In this document: positions 13,319 through 26,659 of the stretch, in pieces
Position numbering within the stretch: the stretch's first letter is position 1
Layout of the letters: each line of letters starts with the position of its first letter
Assembly: GCF_009914755.1 (NCBI RefSeq)
Contig: NC_060934.1
Reading direction: 5' to 3' (one strand)
From: the human T2T-CHM13v2.0 reference genome, Homo sapiens
DNA: 64,000 bases
Notes under the pieces: generated by a model
Databases searched by the model: none
The model's input: the letters and a program-made list of their open reading frames with translations, nothing else
Told to the model about the DNA's origin: nothing
Position numbers and translations under genes: made by a program

Positions 13319-16300
13319 GAGATAAAAAGGCTCTGAAGGGAGAGGCTGTGCTTCACGCCCTTGAGGTACTGGGAAGTTCAGAGATTAATCGAAAAACAGA
13401 GACTATATGGCCAAAGGCATGTCCTGAGTTTGCGGAGTGACAGGGTAGGCTAGATGTATATGACTTCCATGTAAAAATAAATTCAACACATGTCAAAGAG
13501 CATGTTTAACTCATCAATAAAGGAGGGAGACATAAGATATCGACTTGTTCAACAGCACACGTGGAGTGCAAGGTGCGCATAGGCGGTTGGAATCTGGAAT
13601 GAACTTGCTAATAGGCATAAAGCTGCTAAATGTCCTCCAGGCCAATAACAAAATGATGCTTGTGGTTACACTTTCTTATAGAAAGGAAATCAATTGTATC
13701 TCTACCAGACAAAATTCATTTGCATTGCTACCGACAAAAACCGTCGGCATTACTGTCCGTCTTCTGCCCATTAGCCTCTCTCCCTGTGCCTCTGTAAAAA
13801 CAGCCTGGTCAATAGATGGTAAGAGGCCCCACTGAGTGGGGTCCCTGGAGGGCAAGCCCCTGACGCCACTGCAAGGTTCCACCCAAGCCCTCGGCCACGT
13901 CCACATTATGGGAGGATCGTTCCTGAGCAGAGCAGATCCCAGTAGTCATGAGCAAAAAAACCTAAACAGCTAAACCCTAGAGCCAGCTGTCAAAGACAGA
14001 GGGCCTCCGCCTGGAATTCTTGACCGGAATGTCCACCCAACTGTGACTTTGCAAATTGAAGTGATGAATCCATTCTTGTGAAGCAGACCTCAGAGGAAGG
14101 CATCCCAGGTTATGAAAACAGAGGAGAATCAGGCAGCAGCTTTGGGGTGCAGTGGAAGATGCACACTCGCCTTGTGGGGAGGGAACCGAAAGCTCTCTCA
14201 CGTCCTGGGGTGAGAAGGAACAGCAGGCAGTTAACAGTTTCAGCTATGGAGAATCCAAGAGGCAACCAGCAGGGGGAGCCAGTGTATCGTCAAAACTCAG
14301 GTCTGATCCACGCTGACGACCAACAGGTGCATCTAACCCCCCTGGACCTGCAAAGTCCTCCGAGAAGGCGGACTAGAAATTTTCTCTGATTTGAATCAGC
14401 TGCCCTACAGTTCACATCCGGAAACATTAAATCAAGGGAAAACATTTTCTCTGTGAACTGCCTTAAATTGATAGGCCCCAAATCTGCCTTCACCTGGATG
14501 TCTGGAGATACCTCTGCTGAGAGGAAGAGGGTTCATTAAACATCTTCCTTCCAACACTGAAGTGAGGAAAACCATGTTCCCAGAAACCACCCAGCACCTC
14601 ACTCTGAAAAATCCTTTCTCAACTCTCTAGGTATCTCTTTTTGTTCTGTTTAGAAAAATGAAGCATGCTTATTGCGAAGGGAAAAAAAGAAAAGAAAAAA
14701 GAAAGAAATGAATCTGAATGGCTTTGGTCTCCCATGATTTCACAAGTTTAGCCAGAGAAGCCATTAATAGCTAGGTCTGGGCTCCTCTTCAATACAGTTT
14801 CACTGAAAAAAAAAATGATGTTTCAAATTAGTAATTCATCACACCTGAATTAACACTAAAACGTCCATCAAATTAAAATCATTTTGCAAGATTGGAATTG
14901 TTTCTGCAACGCCTGAAGTCCAAAAATGGAGGCATGAGAGTGAATAAGAATCAGGATGTAAATGAATTCCTGACACGTCATTCCAGTCTCTGAATGGGGG
15001 GCTGGAGTAGGAATTAAATAATCACACGCAAATTGGATTTCTAAGATCTTTCCAGGCCAGCTACTGTAAGCTGTTTGTTGTTTGGACAGGTCAGTTTTGG
15101 GTGAGTTGTGTGCTTTCAGGGAAGTGAGGGGATAGCAGAGTGAGGGGTGGGGAGGAGAGAGGAGAAAGCCCACAGAGGTGCAGCCCCTAAACCAGGCCAG
15201 TGCCTTTCCTCCTGTTGGAAGCACAGAATTAAATTTCATTCACAAGCCCAAAGCACTTTCCACAGGTCTTTAAAATGGGATTAGCCTAAAGCAATCAAGT
15301 TGGAGAGACTAACCAGCAAACGCTAAAAGTACTCCCACCTGCCTACTCAATGGAACTGTTTGCCAGGGGAAAAAAAAAAAAAGGCATCAGATGCATTTTC
15401 GTGGCATTGAGCAATGGATTAATGACACATGGAGACATGCAGAGACACTTGGAAGGCTGGCCTGAGCTCTCCGAGAGGCGGTGGTCAGCAGTTTAGGGTC
15501 TGAATTGGTATTTACACCATCAATCTCCAGCTGTGACCAGTGTTCCTGGATGCAGCCTAGTTTTCCTGGCCTGAGAGCTCTCTGAAAAGTAGCCTCATGC
15601 ATTTTGCATCCTTGAAACGTGAACTCTTTTATGCAGCATCCGATGTGAAGAGAGGCTGTGGAATGCGGGTGAGTGTGTTGGCAAATTTTATGTGTATTTT
15701 GTATACAAATAAATTTTTTATCTGTCCGTATAAATATAGGCATTCACAAATGTATGCCACAAATGCAAAATCTCTTCATAGAAATGCACATTTTTAAAAT
15801 GAGTTAAAGGGATGCTATAGAAGGGATACATTTCTCAAAGTTCGTGTGCTGTTAAAAAGAATCTTGAATAGACAGGACAAAATGCCTTCCTGTCAAGCGT
15901 AAATGGAGGTATGTCAAATTAGCCAGTGAAAATCATTCCTGCTCTGTGTGAGACCTCATTTGGAGTGCGGGCTCCATTTACTGTGGGCTGGCTGATTACA
16001 GCAGGGCTGCAGAAATGAGGGGGCAGGACAAAGAAACCAACTCCTTATACCTCTGTAAGACAATGAAAAAATTATATTGCTTGCCCCCAAAAAAATCTAG
16101 AAAGAAAAGGAAAGAGTTCAACATTTTTAGAATAAGACCGAACAAGTGGTTAATGTGCACTGGACGTAAACATAGTGAGTGTTCATTAGACATAAAAATA
16201 GTCGCTTCTAAAAGATTAGAGATAAAAATATTGGATGATCAATTGTGGGAATCTTGTTTGCCTCTGACTTTTGTTACATTCTTACCTCTTCTGAGGTCCT

Positions 16301-16707
16301 ATTTTTCCTGTGGTATTCATTAATTTGAAATGAACTGATGCTGACATTAATTGAAAAATAAAGGAAAAGAAAACTCTTGAATTATATATTAGCTCATTGA
16401 TTGTCAAATACTTCCCTGCAGGTGCCATTTACCAATGTATGTTTCTGAATGCACACATGAATATGCGGAGTACTTTTCTCAAAAAAAAAATAAAAATAAA
16501 AATTAAGGGAAAGGCTAAAGAAATAAAGGAAGGAAGGAGATTTCTAAATACGGAAGAATAGTGCCTGGACTAGAAGAGTATGTACTGTGTATCTTCATCA
16601 AAGCTATACTATTTTACCTGTTTTAATTGACTGTGTGAGTTCATAGGGATCCCAAAACTAACTCCTTAAAAACACGCAGACAGAAAGAGCAAATAAAATG
16701 CACATCC

Positions 16708-17045
<338 letters not shown>

Positions 17046-17149
17046 CTATCCCTTTGCTATTCTGAACAAAGCAACTCAACAGAGGCTTCCCAGCACTGTT
17101 TCTGGTGCCAGCATCTCCAGTGCCACTGTGGGCCAGGTCTTTGGTCAGA

Positions 17150-17280
17150 CGACACAAATTAAATGAACATTTACTACGCACCAGGCTCTGGTCCACAGTC
17201 AGGACATGGAGCAGAGAAGGCAGGGTGCCCACCTTAGAGAGGGTCGCATTTCATGTGCTCACAGGAATACAGACCATAAA
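17150..17280 (-). mobile_element. L2 3' fragment
   Basis: aatgaacatttactacgcaccaggctctgg resembles the reversed L2 3' end. Confidence 0.45.
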
Positions 17281-17285
17281 CCCCT

Positions 17286-17640
17286 TGATATGGTTCGGCT
17301 GTGTCCCCACCCAAATCTCATCTTCAAGTGTCATAATCCTCACATGTCATAGGAGGGACCCAATGGGAGGTACTTGAGTCATGAGGGAGGGTTTTCCTGT
17401 GCTGTTCTCATGGTAGTGAATAACTCTCATGAGATCTGGTGGTTTTATAAAGGGCAGTTCCCCTGCACACAGTCTCTTGCCCGCCACCATGTAAGACGTG
17501 CCTTTGCTCCTCCTTCACCTTCTGCCACGATTGTGAGGCCTCCCCAGCTATGTGGAATGTGAGTCCATTGAACCTCTTCTTCTTTGTAAATTACCCAGGC
17601 TCAGGCACTTCTTCAGAGCAGTGTGAAAATGACTAATACA
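17286..17640 (+). mobile_element. THE1B-like MaLR solo LTR
   Basis: tgatatggttcggctgtgtccccacccaaatctcatc...gactaataca; 5-bp TSD cccct/cacct. Confidence 0.93.
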
Positions 17641-17999
17641 CACCTATGTCAATAATTAGGAGGACTGCTGGTGCTGAAAGGGGTAACATTTAAGAGTTAG
17701 CACTTACATTCTTTACCGAACATTTTTACTATTTAATTATGCTGCTTGTGGAATCAGTTGCTGTTATGTCACTGGGACAAATCATCATGGCCCTGCTTGA
17801 TCCTCAGCTACTAGTTCAGTGGGGCCTATGGGACCCAGAAAAGCACAGTCTCTCCTAGGGATGTAGTAAATTCAGATGGGAATGAGGTTGGGAGATGAAA
17901 TTTCAGTAACAATAGTTTCCTAAATCTGTGACCAGTAAGAGGAGTCCTTCGGTCTTGACATTACTAACCATGTTGTTTTCGCTATTGGTACTGCCTCGA

Positions 18000-18300
18000 T
18001 ACATCAGCTAGCTTAAGCAAACAAGCTCACAATCTCAGTGGCTCATAAGACACGTTCATTTCTTGCTCTTGGTCCTTGGTGCTGAGGACTGGCTTCAGGT
18101 CTACCTGTCGGATTCTCTTATCAAGGCCTGGCTGAAAGGCCAGCCCCTGGGTCAGCAGGACCACTCTCATGGCAGATCGAAGAATCAAGGCAAGGACTCC
18201 AAACCTTCTGCTGGGAGGTGGCACAGGGCACGTCCACTAGGTTCCACTAGCCAAAGATGTCACGTGGCTGCTGGGATGGGAATCAATGGGAGGGAATGTA
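18000..18300 (-). mobile_element. Old MLT1-type LTR fragment
   Basis: acaatctcagtggctcataagacacgttcatttcttgctc resembles MLT1J/K/L antisense; weak match. Confidence 0.35.
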
Positions 18301-19324
18301 GATACACATCAACGGGATGGGGACTAGGGACTCTCCTTGTGAGGAGCCATTGGAAGTCACATGTCACCCTGTGGGAATGCGTGATCCCACAGAAGGAGGC
18401 CATCACCTAACTGGGAACAGGAGACCATCTGTCTCGTGAAGCTTATCAGCGTGCTTTCTGTCTAGTATCACAGATTACCACAGGAGAGATGCTGAATCTA
18501 CCAAAGGGTTGAGACTGTGTCATTTATATATCTTAGCGTGCTCTACAAAGGCATTCCAAACAGCCATTAACCCGGGATGGATGAACTCTTAGTGTCTGTT
18601 TCCAAATCAGTGATACAGAACTAGCCTCCACTATTGTCCTCAAAAACACTATTTCGGATTTTATCTCCCTTAAAACTGATCACAAACGATAAATATTTAA
18701 CAGCACGTCCACTAAACATAAAATTTGCCTTCCCAGAAAATGTGTATTTTATTTTTGTTTCTCTTTTCATTTGTCACAGTATCTTATAGGCATAAAGATT
18801 AATGTACACGTAATTCTTATTTTCTATATGAAATTTCTACTTACTATTTTTACATGAAAAGAAAATATGTGACTATTGTCTAAGGGTGTCACACAGCTCT
18901 TGGTCAGCAGGATAAAACAGAAACAGCAAGCAGGCCAAACAAGGGATTTAGCCAAGCCCGCTGAATCCTCGGGCCTCTGCAATGTTTTGTATCATTAATT
19001 GGCACCGACCTTCTGAGCCAGCTTCCTGCCCTGACCAGCTTTGGCCTCCGGGCCAGCACACCCCATGCATGAGACGTTAGCCGATGTCCAGGACAAGCTG
19101 GCTGGCCGAACTGCTAACAGCACATTCAGAGCTCCTGAGTGCCGAAGCCTCGTCCTCAATCCCAGGAACCCTCCCCAGACTGGGTCCATCAGTGAGACCA
19201 GGTTTCCATGGAAATTCAGTGGACTCCTTCCAAACACCCAGGTGCCTGATGGTCAGTGCAGGCAGCGAAGCATCAGCACACTGGGGGAAGGACAAGCTGA
19301 TGAGAGACTCTGAGTTACATGCTT

Positions 19325-19425
19325 GAATAAGAAAATAAAGAACATAAAAAGATAATATAAAAGGTAAATAAAAATAAAAAGATAAAAAAACATAAAGAAT
19401 AATGAAATAAAGAAAATTTTAAAAA
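19325..19425. repeat. A-rich low-complexity tract
   Basis: Read directly. Confidence 0.8.
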
Positions 19426-19898
19426 CTCTGAGCCTGTGGGATTCCATGTGAAATTTTTTTGCAGGAAAATTCTGGTGAAGGGATCCTAAAGTGAGGAAAA
19501 AGGAAAACATTTATGCTGAGTCATATTTGTAAATTGACCACAGTAATGTAAGAAGATGGGGAGAAAAACAAGCCCAGAATCAAGTGCGACCTGAGATACA
19601 CAGGAATTCACCAGCGACTAGAGAGGGGATGCCACAGGACTTTGAAATGCAAAACCAAAGAAACAGAATTAGAAACGAAGAGAAGATTCTTCTCAAATCC
19701 ATTCAGAGGAAATGAGATGGAAGAAAATGGATGAAAACCTTAAGCAAATTTCCAAAGCATAAATGACAGAAAGAAACCCAGGTTTCAGATGCCACAGGAA
19801 GTGTTAGAGAAAAAGAAAACAGGTTAAACTCTTAAGAAAAGTTAAGTGTTCCTGAGACGGAAGGACTGGCCACCTGCTCCAAGCACTCTAGGAGGTTC

Positions 19899-19972
19899 CA
19901 GTCCCTGAGGTATATCAGAGCAGGGCTTCCTCAGTCAGTCCCTGAAGTATATCAGAGCAGGGCTTCCTCAGT
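19899..19972. repeat. 37-bp tandem duplication
   Basis: cagtccctga(g/a)gtatatcagagcagggcttcctcagt twice, 1 mismatch. Confidence 0.95.
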
Positions 19973-21239
19973 TTGGGGAAAGAGGAAGTGTGATCCCAAC
20001 CATGGCCACCATGCACTCATTTAAGAAAAGAGAAAAGACGTCTGGACAGCAGGATTTCCCCTGGACACCGTTAAATTCGGTTTATGGAAAACTCACGGGC
20101 GTTTTATTGAAGAGACTAATGGGGATAACGGAGAAGATGACATACTTTCCTGAAAAACTGCAGTGGAAGCAGAAAGAGATGAAAGGAAATTAATCAGTTT
20201 TAGAGAAATGGGCCCCACACTGCCAGGACACAGAAGGGCAGCCCCGGTCCCCACAGGATCGTGACAGACAACCACAGCTCCTGCGACTACAGGAATTCTA
20301 CAAATAGATTTTCACACTTAGAAGAAAATGCCACCCAGGAGTACCCACCCCAATTAATTTTCTCAAAAGTGGTTTTGCGGAGGCTCAGAAGTAAAGTTGG
20401 GACACAGGGCGCCAGCCAGCCCCACCTTCCCAAAATCACCTGCCCTGGGGCCACCCACCTGCAACCACACTGTTAGAGATGGGTTTTTATTCTCAGCCGT
20501 TTCCAGAGCAAATATTCCCGGAGAAGCATGCATTAGAGTAAGGTGCCTCTTCATAGAGATCCTGGAGAGCGAGGCTTCGGCAAGTGACTGGCCAGGGGCC
20601 CCGGGAACTTCCCGGTTGGGGGGCTGGAGTGTAGAGGGGACAGAACCCTAACGGCGGGTGAGTTGAAAATGGAAGAGCGTTCTTCACTTCAGTCTCCTGG
20701 GGCCTTTCCCTTCAGGAACTGAAGCGGTGAGGAGGGCCGTGCAGCCTAAGACAGCTGCTACCTGGGCTTTGAGAGCCGACACATCTATCCCCAGAGCCCG
20801 GCAGCCCCCAGCCCAACCCACCCTGCAGTAACTGAAGTGCTTCATCCCCACCCAGCGCCAGTCTGGGGTCTGGCGCACACTGTGTACTTGACAAACCTAT
20901 GCCATACATGGAGTGATGATGTCACTTTCCTACTTCAACTGCCCCCCAAAGTATACCTTCTGGACACTGGAAAAAAGACACCCCTCAGTGTAGCCCCAAG
21001 GCCTCTGCTCTCCATGGGCCTCCTGAGTGTGACTGCAGCGTGGCGAGCAGGAAGCCGTGGGCTTCTTGATAAAAGTGTACAACGAAGCCCTGTCTGTGAA
21101 AGGCCCCCATCTGTTAGATTTGAAAAACATGTAAAGGCCGTTTGCTTTTCACAATGAGTAGACTTTTAGGAACGTATTCTAAGGAAAGGCAGAAGATATG
21201 GGGAAACAAATTCAACAAGAATATTATTTGCAGCAATAC

Positions 21240-21385
21240 AAGGGAGGAAGGGAGGGAGAGAGAGAGAAGAGAGGAAAAGGGGAACAGAGACAGAGAGAAG
21301 AGACAGAGACTGACACAGAGAGAGAAGAGAAAGAGAAACAGGGTCAGAAAGAAGAGCAAGAGACAGACAGAGACAGAGAGAGAAC
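21240..21385. repeat. GA-rich low-complexity tract
   Basis: Read directly. Confidence 0.85.
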
Positions 21386-21519
21386 CTAGCTCGTTTTCCA
21401 CTTGCCCTCCTGGGAGAATCCAGCAGGATAATAAAATCCTCAGCACACTCTTGTACTGGGGCAGCCAAGTTTCAAGCCAAAGTTTCCCAACTAAAAATTA
21501 ACAAATACTAAGCCTGGAG

Positions 21520-22345
21520 AAGCTGCGCACGTTCTTTTCCAGCTCCTTTTTGCAGCATTAGCAGGTTGGGGAAGGTTGCTGCGTTCACTCAAAAAGTCGA
21601 AACTGCAGGAGGACCCGGCTGCAGAGATGGGGGCGGGAGGGCAGATGTTCCCTGGCTCACTGCGCTCACACCCCGGAGAGGGCCAGCGCCTAACGCCGCC
21701 TCGACAGGTTCCACGGAGGACACAGGAGAGTCTGCGGCCATGTGAAGAGTAGACCCACGTTTCTGTCGCTCCCTCCCGGGGGAGCTCAGAGCTGCATCCC
21801 ATGAGTCCTTCCCACTCCCCTCTGTCTCCCCGTCAGCATCTCTGCCAATCTCCCTGAAAGAGCCTGTTGCACCGAGACCAGCAGGGCCACAATATTCGAA
21901 ATGAAAAGTGTAATGATCACTCTTCTGATTGCAAAATCCCAAGAGTCCGAGAAATTCTCTCACTAAAGAAGCGGAGCGGGGCAGGGCGGGGGGCGCTGGA
22001 CAGAGAGAACCCGCCCTGGCTGTCGCTCTCGGGTGCGAAAAGCTGTGACACCACCTGGCACCGGCGATCAGGGACTCACGCTCGACACCAGAGGAGGCTC
22101 GTCCAGGAAGAATAACAAGGAGCCACCGCGGGTCTCTCCCAAGCTTCCAGCTGTCGGGAAACCTTGTCCAATCACCCACCTCGCCACGTCCACCTGCTCA
22201 CCTGCATTCTGTAGAAGAAGTAACGCATCATTCACATCCCAGCAGGCCAAGCGGGCAGGAAAATGAGGCCAAAAAGTAGAAAACCGTGACCGTAGAAGGC
22301 AACGGCACGTGACTGTGCTTTCTGGGTCGTGCATCTTTGTGGCGA
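21520..22345. promoter_or_regulatory. CpG-island-like unique segment with GC box; candidate promoter/enhancer
   Basis: About 47 CpGs counted by eye in about 830 bp, GC-rich, GGGCGGGGGGCG near 21984-21995, no recognisable repeat. Confidence 0.55.
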
Positions 22346-22489
22346 TAAAAACAGAGTCCTAACTGAGCTGAACACCAGAATGAAAACTAACCTTCCTGCG
22401 TGCTTAAGTCGTATGAAGTGTGCTTAGCTGTCTGCAGTGCCTGCCTGTTTGGGCGGTGATTAGTGTAGGTCGCACTTGCTGTACAGGAG

Positions 22490-22700
22490 GAGGGTAGTAA
22501 ACTCTGGAGCCGGGCTGGCCGGGTGCAAGTCCCAGCTCCACGGCCAGCCCTGTGATCTCAGACAATTCACCTATGTCCTCTGCCTCTCAGTCTCCTCCTC
22601 TGTAAAATGGGGATGATAGTAGTGTCTATCCGAAAGGGCTGTGTGAGAATTAAACGACCTTGTAAATGTAAGGGGCTGAGAACAGTATCTGCTCTTGGTG
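22490..22700 (+). mobile_element. MIR SINE
   Basis: ctctggagcc...gtcccagctccac...ctctgtaaaatggggatgatagtag...tgtgagaattaaa. Confidence 0.85.
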
Positions 22701-23379
22701 AGCAGAAGGACGACCAGGAGGTGACCAGCAAAATGCCCCATTCAAAGCCTCAACACTGTTCCGTAGTGAGCAAAGACACAGCTCCTGGATGGAGGAAGCC
22801 ATTAATATTCAATACTGGCAGGCAGAACTCAGATTCCTTCGAATCAGAAATTTGAACTCTGGCCAACGACTGCTGTACTGGTTGAGTAAATCTTAGGGAT
22901 TTGCTGTTAATGGTAAATTAGTCTACAAAAATAGAAATAGTCCAAAGGATTTTGAGAGGGTGTGGGCTCAGCTGCAACCCCTCCTCCCAAGGCCGTTGGT
23001 CAACAACATCTCCAGCCCTGTGGAAAGACAGAAGCAGTGAAGAAAATGTCAGATAAACATTTGGTATGTGTGTACACTTCTCCCAGAAATCCTAAATGCT
23101 TTGCATGTTTCAGCTAATAATTCATTAAAATGGATGGATTATGCTGAGCATTTTATAACCTACTTCACTGCTCTCCTGTCTGTCTAAATCCATCCCTTTG
23201 TGACAAATTTTTTATACGTGGCTCATTTTTTCTATTGTGTTTGGTGTCTTACCCCCATGTAAAGAATAAAAGCGCATGTTCATGTTGATTTGATTGGTAC
23301 AGCTAATGCTAATTCTGTCTCTGTTCCTTGAATGTTGACTTGTGATGGTGTCATTTAAGTCTTTTACTTCTTTTTCACC

Positions 23380-23690
23380 TCGATTCAGCAAAATATTCAA
23401 TGTTACTTTGAGCAAAGCTTGCTCACTACTGTTACGGAGGATATAAAAGCAAATGGAATATGTTTCCTGCCTTCAGGAGGATTGAAATCTAAAAGTCGGT
23501 ATGACAGCATGGATGGGAGTCAGCTCAGTTTGCAGCTTTTAAAACATGTTGGAATCTTTCCTCTGCCACTTTTGATGGTGAGACCCTGAGCAAATCATTT
23601 CCCAAGCATCAGGCTCTCCGTCTATGACATGGGAGTAAAAACAGCAATCTTGACAAAATTGTGATGATTACAGACGTGTACATAACCTCC
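23380..23690. mobile_element. Adjacent L2 (minus) and MIR (plus) fragments
   Basis: tcctgccttcagggagg (L2-like) then ccctgagcaaatcatt...tctatgacatgggagtaaaaacag (MIR-like). Confidence 0.4.
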
Positions 23691-24061
23691 TATTTACTTC
23701 CTCCCAATAGAAGATATTGTAACTCATCCCATGTGACAGCTGGTGGTGGTCACCCCATCCTGTGAGATTCAAGTATAATTATCTGGAATCCCCCATCTTC
23801 AGGTGTGGAAGACCCAGCAGCCCTCACAATGTCTTTTGGAAATTGGATTTTATTTGAAGGGTGAACTTACTCCAGGTTTCTTCTGTTTTCACATATTTTC
23901 CTTCCTACGTATCTCCTGGAGTTTTTTCCCTTCTTCCCAATCTATTTTAACCTGATGATAACAGCCAGCTATGTTTTCTAGAATTCCCCTAAATCGACTC
24001 ATGCCAAATACTGAATACAGTAGATTGGGTGGATTCATTAAATCATGGTAGAGCATCTTAA

Positions 24062-24484
<423 letters not shown>

Positions 24485-25249
24485 TGCGTCACTTTTTATG
24501 CCTCGCCTTCATCCTTACAGCTTCTCCTTCCTAGTGGGCTCAACTCCCAACCCCGGAGTGAGGGTCACGACTGTCCATCTTCATGCAACACAGCTTAGTT
24601 CCTCTTCTTTTCCTCCCCACCATGCCCTATGGGCTGCTTTTCCACAACCAGAATGGAGACCCAGTGAGATCTGCTAAACTAAGACAGTTCTCACCCCTGG
24701 GAGAAAAATCTGCTTCCCAGTTCTCAGTCCTGCTAAACTATTGTTAAGATAAAGAAGGACCATGATAAATCCTATTGGCTGAGAGAAGAACACTCTCCAG
24801 GTTGCCACAGGATGGGAGAGGAGGTGACAGAATCTGCAGCCATTTGGTAGAATACGTGATATTTGAGTCATTCTGAGGAATACATGAAAACTCTGTAGTC
24901 AGATCTTGGAAAATGATATTTCCAGCAGAGGGAGTAATGTAACAAAAAACCCACTCAGAAAACAAATGAGTGTGTGTGGAGAAGAACCATAATGTGATGT
25001 GAATGAAGGATTCGGTGTCATGAGTGAGAAATGGGTGACTGAAAGTAGGGAGATGCACATAGGAAAATACCACGGGAAGACTGAACATCATATTAAGTGA
25101 TTTAGGTGATTCTGCCTGCAGTGCAAATATTTTGGGCTCTGAAGTGAAGTCACCAAAAGGTGTATGTCTGTAGCGGAGGATTGGTCTAGATAGCCTCTCA
25201 GATCCCACTCGGCTTTGAGATCCTTGATTCCACGGTCAGACCTGCTGGT

Positions 25250-25680
25250 CTGGAGGGCAGTTCTGCAGGGTCATGAACGAAGGATTCCAGGAGGCTGGAA
25301 CAGGAAGGACTTTCAGGTGACCACATCAAGAGATCAAGCAGGGTAAGAAGAGCCTGAACTAGAAGAAATGCAGTGTAACTATGAAGGAGAAAGAGGAAAT
25401 GGGAAACTGATTAGAAACGACAAGTAGAGAAACAGGGGAATGTGTGATTCCAAGGTTTGGAACAGTATTTGTCAGTTATAGTCCCATAACTTCTTGCATA
25501 AATAGTATCTAAGAGTCATTTTAAAAAGAGTAGCAAACCTTCAAGTTCCACTGAAAGACATCAGCATCTCTGTGAATTGGGGAAAGGAGAATGAAGAGGT
25601 CTGTTCAACTTTAAGACATGCAAAATGTGAATTGAACTGCATGAGTGACACCAACGATGTGAAGATGTTTAGCAGGAGTT
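25250..25680 (-). mobile_element. L2 fragment
   Basis: Purine-rich L2-like segments such as gagcctgaactag and tgttcaactttaagacatg...gatgtttagcagg. Confidence 0.4.
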
Positions 25681-25759
25681 CTTTTTTCTTTTTTTGGTAT
25701 ATGGTATTTAATCGTTCTATCATCATTATCGTCCTTTTAATTTAATGTCTTTGAAACTT

Positions 25760-26600
25760 TATTCAAAAATCCACTGCATATATGTAACATATTTGTGAGA
25801 TTATTACTAGACCCTCTAGGAGGTTTCATTAGCCCAGTTTTCTCTTATTATACCAATACCACACTATCTTGATAGTTAAGGTAAGTCCTCCACCTTTTTT
25901 TTTCCGAGTTGTCTTAGCTTTTTTGGGTTCTTTGAATTTCCAGACACGTTTTGGAAACTGCTTGTTCATTTCTACTGAAAAAAAAATAGAATAAAATAAA
26001 ATCATGCTGGGATTTTGACTGGAATTGCATTAAACCTGTAGATCCACAAGGGCACAATTGACATCTTAACAATATTGAGCCTGCTGATCCATGAACACAG
26101 TATATCACTTCATTTATTTAGTTATTTAATTTATCTCAGCGTCACTGCCTGCTTTTCAGTGTATAGATCTTACACATCTTTTGTCAGATTTAGTCTTAAA
26201 TATTTCATTTTTTGATGTGCTATAAATAATATTGCTTTGTAAATTTCCATTTCCAATTATTTCATGCCAGTGTATAAAGAGATAAATACTGCTTGTGTGT
26301 TGATCTTGTATCTTGCAAACTTTCCAAACTCATTTATTAGTAAGTAATTTATTATTATCAGTTTTAGTGGCTTTTTGTGACTTCAGGAGATTTTCCACAT
26401 AGGTGATTAGGTCACCTGCAGATACAGATAGTTTTAAATCTTATTTTCTAGTAAAGGTGCGTTTTATATATTTCAACTTGCCTTATTGCACTGGCTAGAC
26501 TCCAAAACAATGCTGAAAAGCAGTAAGGAAAAAAGCCATCTGGTGGGATGGTAAATACAGCCCTTGTTCTTCCATTTTGACCGGAAGCATCCAGTGTGAT
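25760..26600 (-). mobile_element. Old L1 (L1M) ORF2 fragment
   Basis: ctgggattttgactggaattgcattaaacctgtagatc...aattgacatcttaacaatattgag, typical antisense L1M. Confidence 0.85.
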
Positions 26601-26659
26601 CATTTTCTCATTTGATTTTTGTGAGGATTTTTAGGGGTTTTTTTTTCTTTATTTTTTAA

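Noticed and set aside
12100-13336. ORFs of 171, 220 and 132 aa
   Set aside because: The 220- and 132-aa frames run through the MLT2 LTR and its (TCTA)n tract; none of the three resembles a protein family I know
19500-20200. A-skewed segment suggesting a processed pseudogene or CR1/L1 relic
   Set aside because: No recognisable ORF homology, poly-A plus TSD, or diagnostic repeat motif
21142-22179. ORFs of 119 and 196 aa near the CpG-rich region
   Set aside because: Derived from GA low-complexity sequence or GC-rich stop-poor DNA; no homology or exon structure recognised
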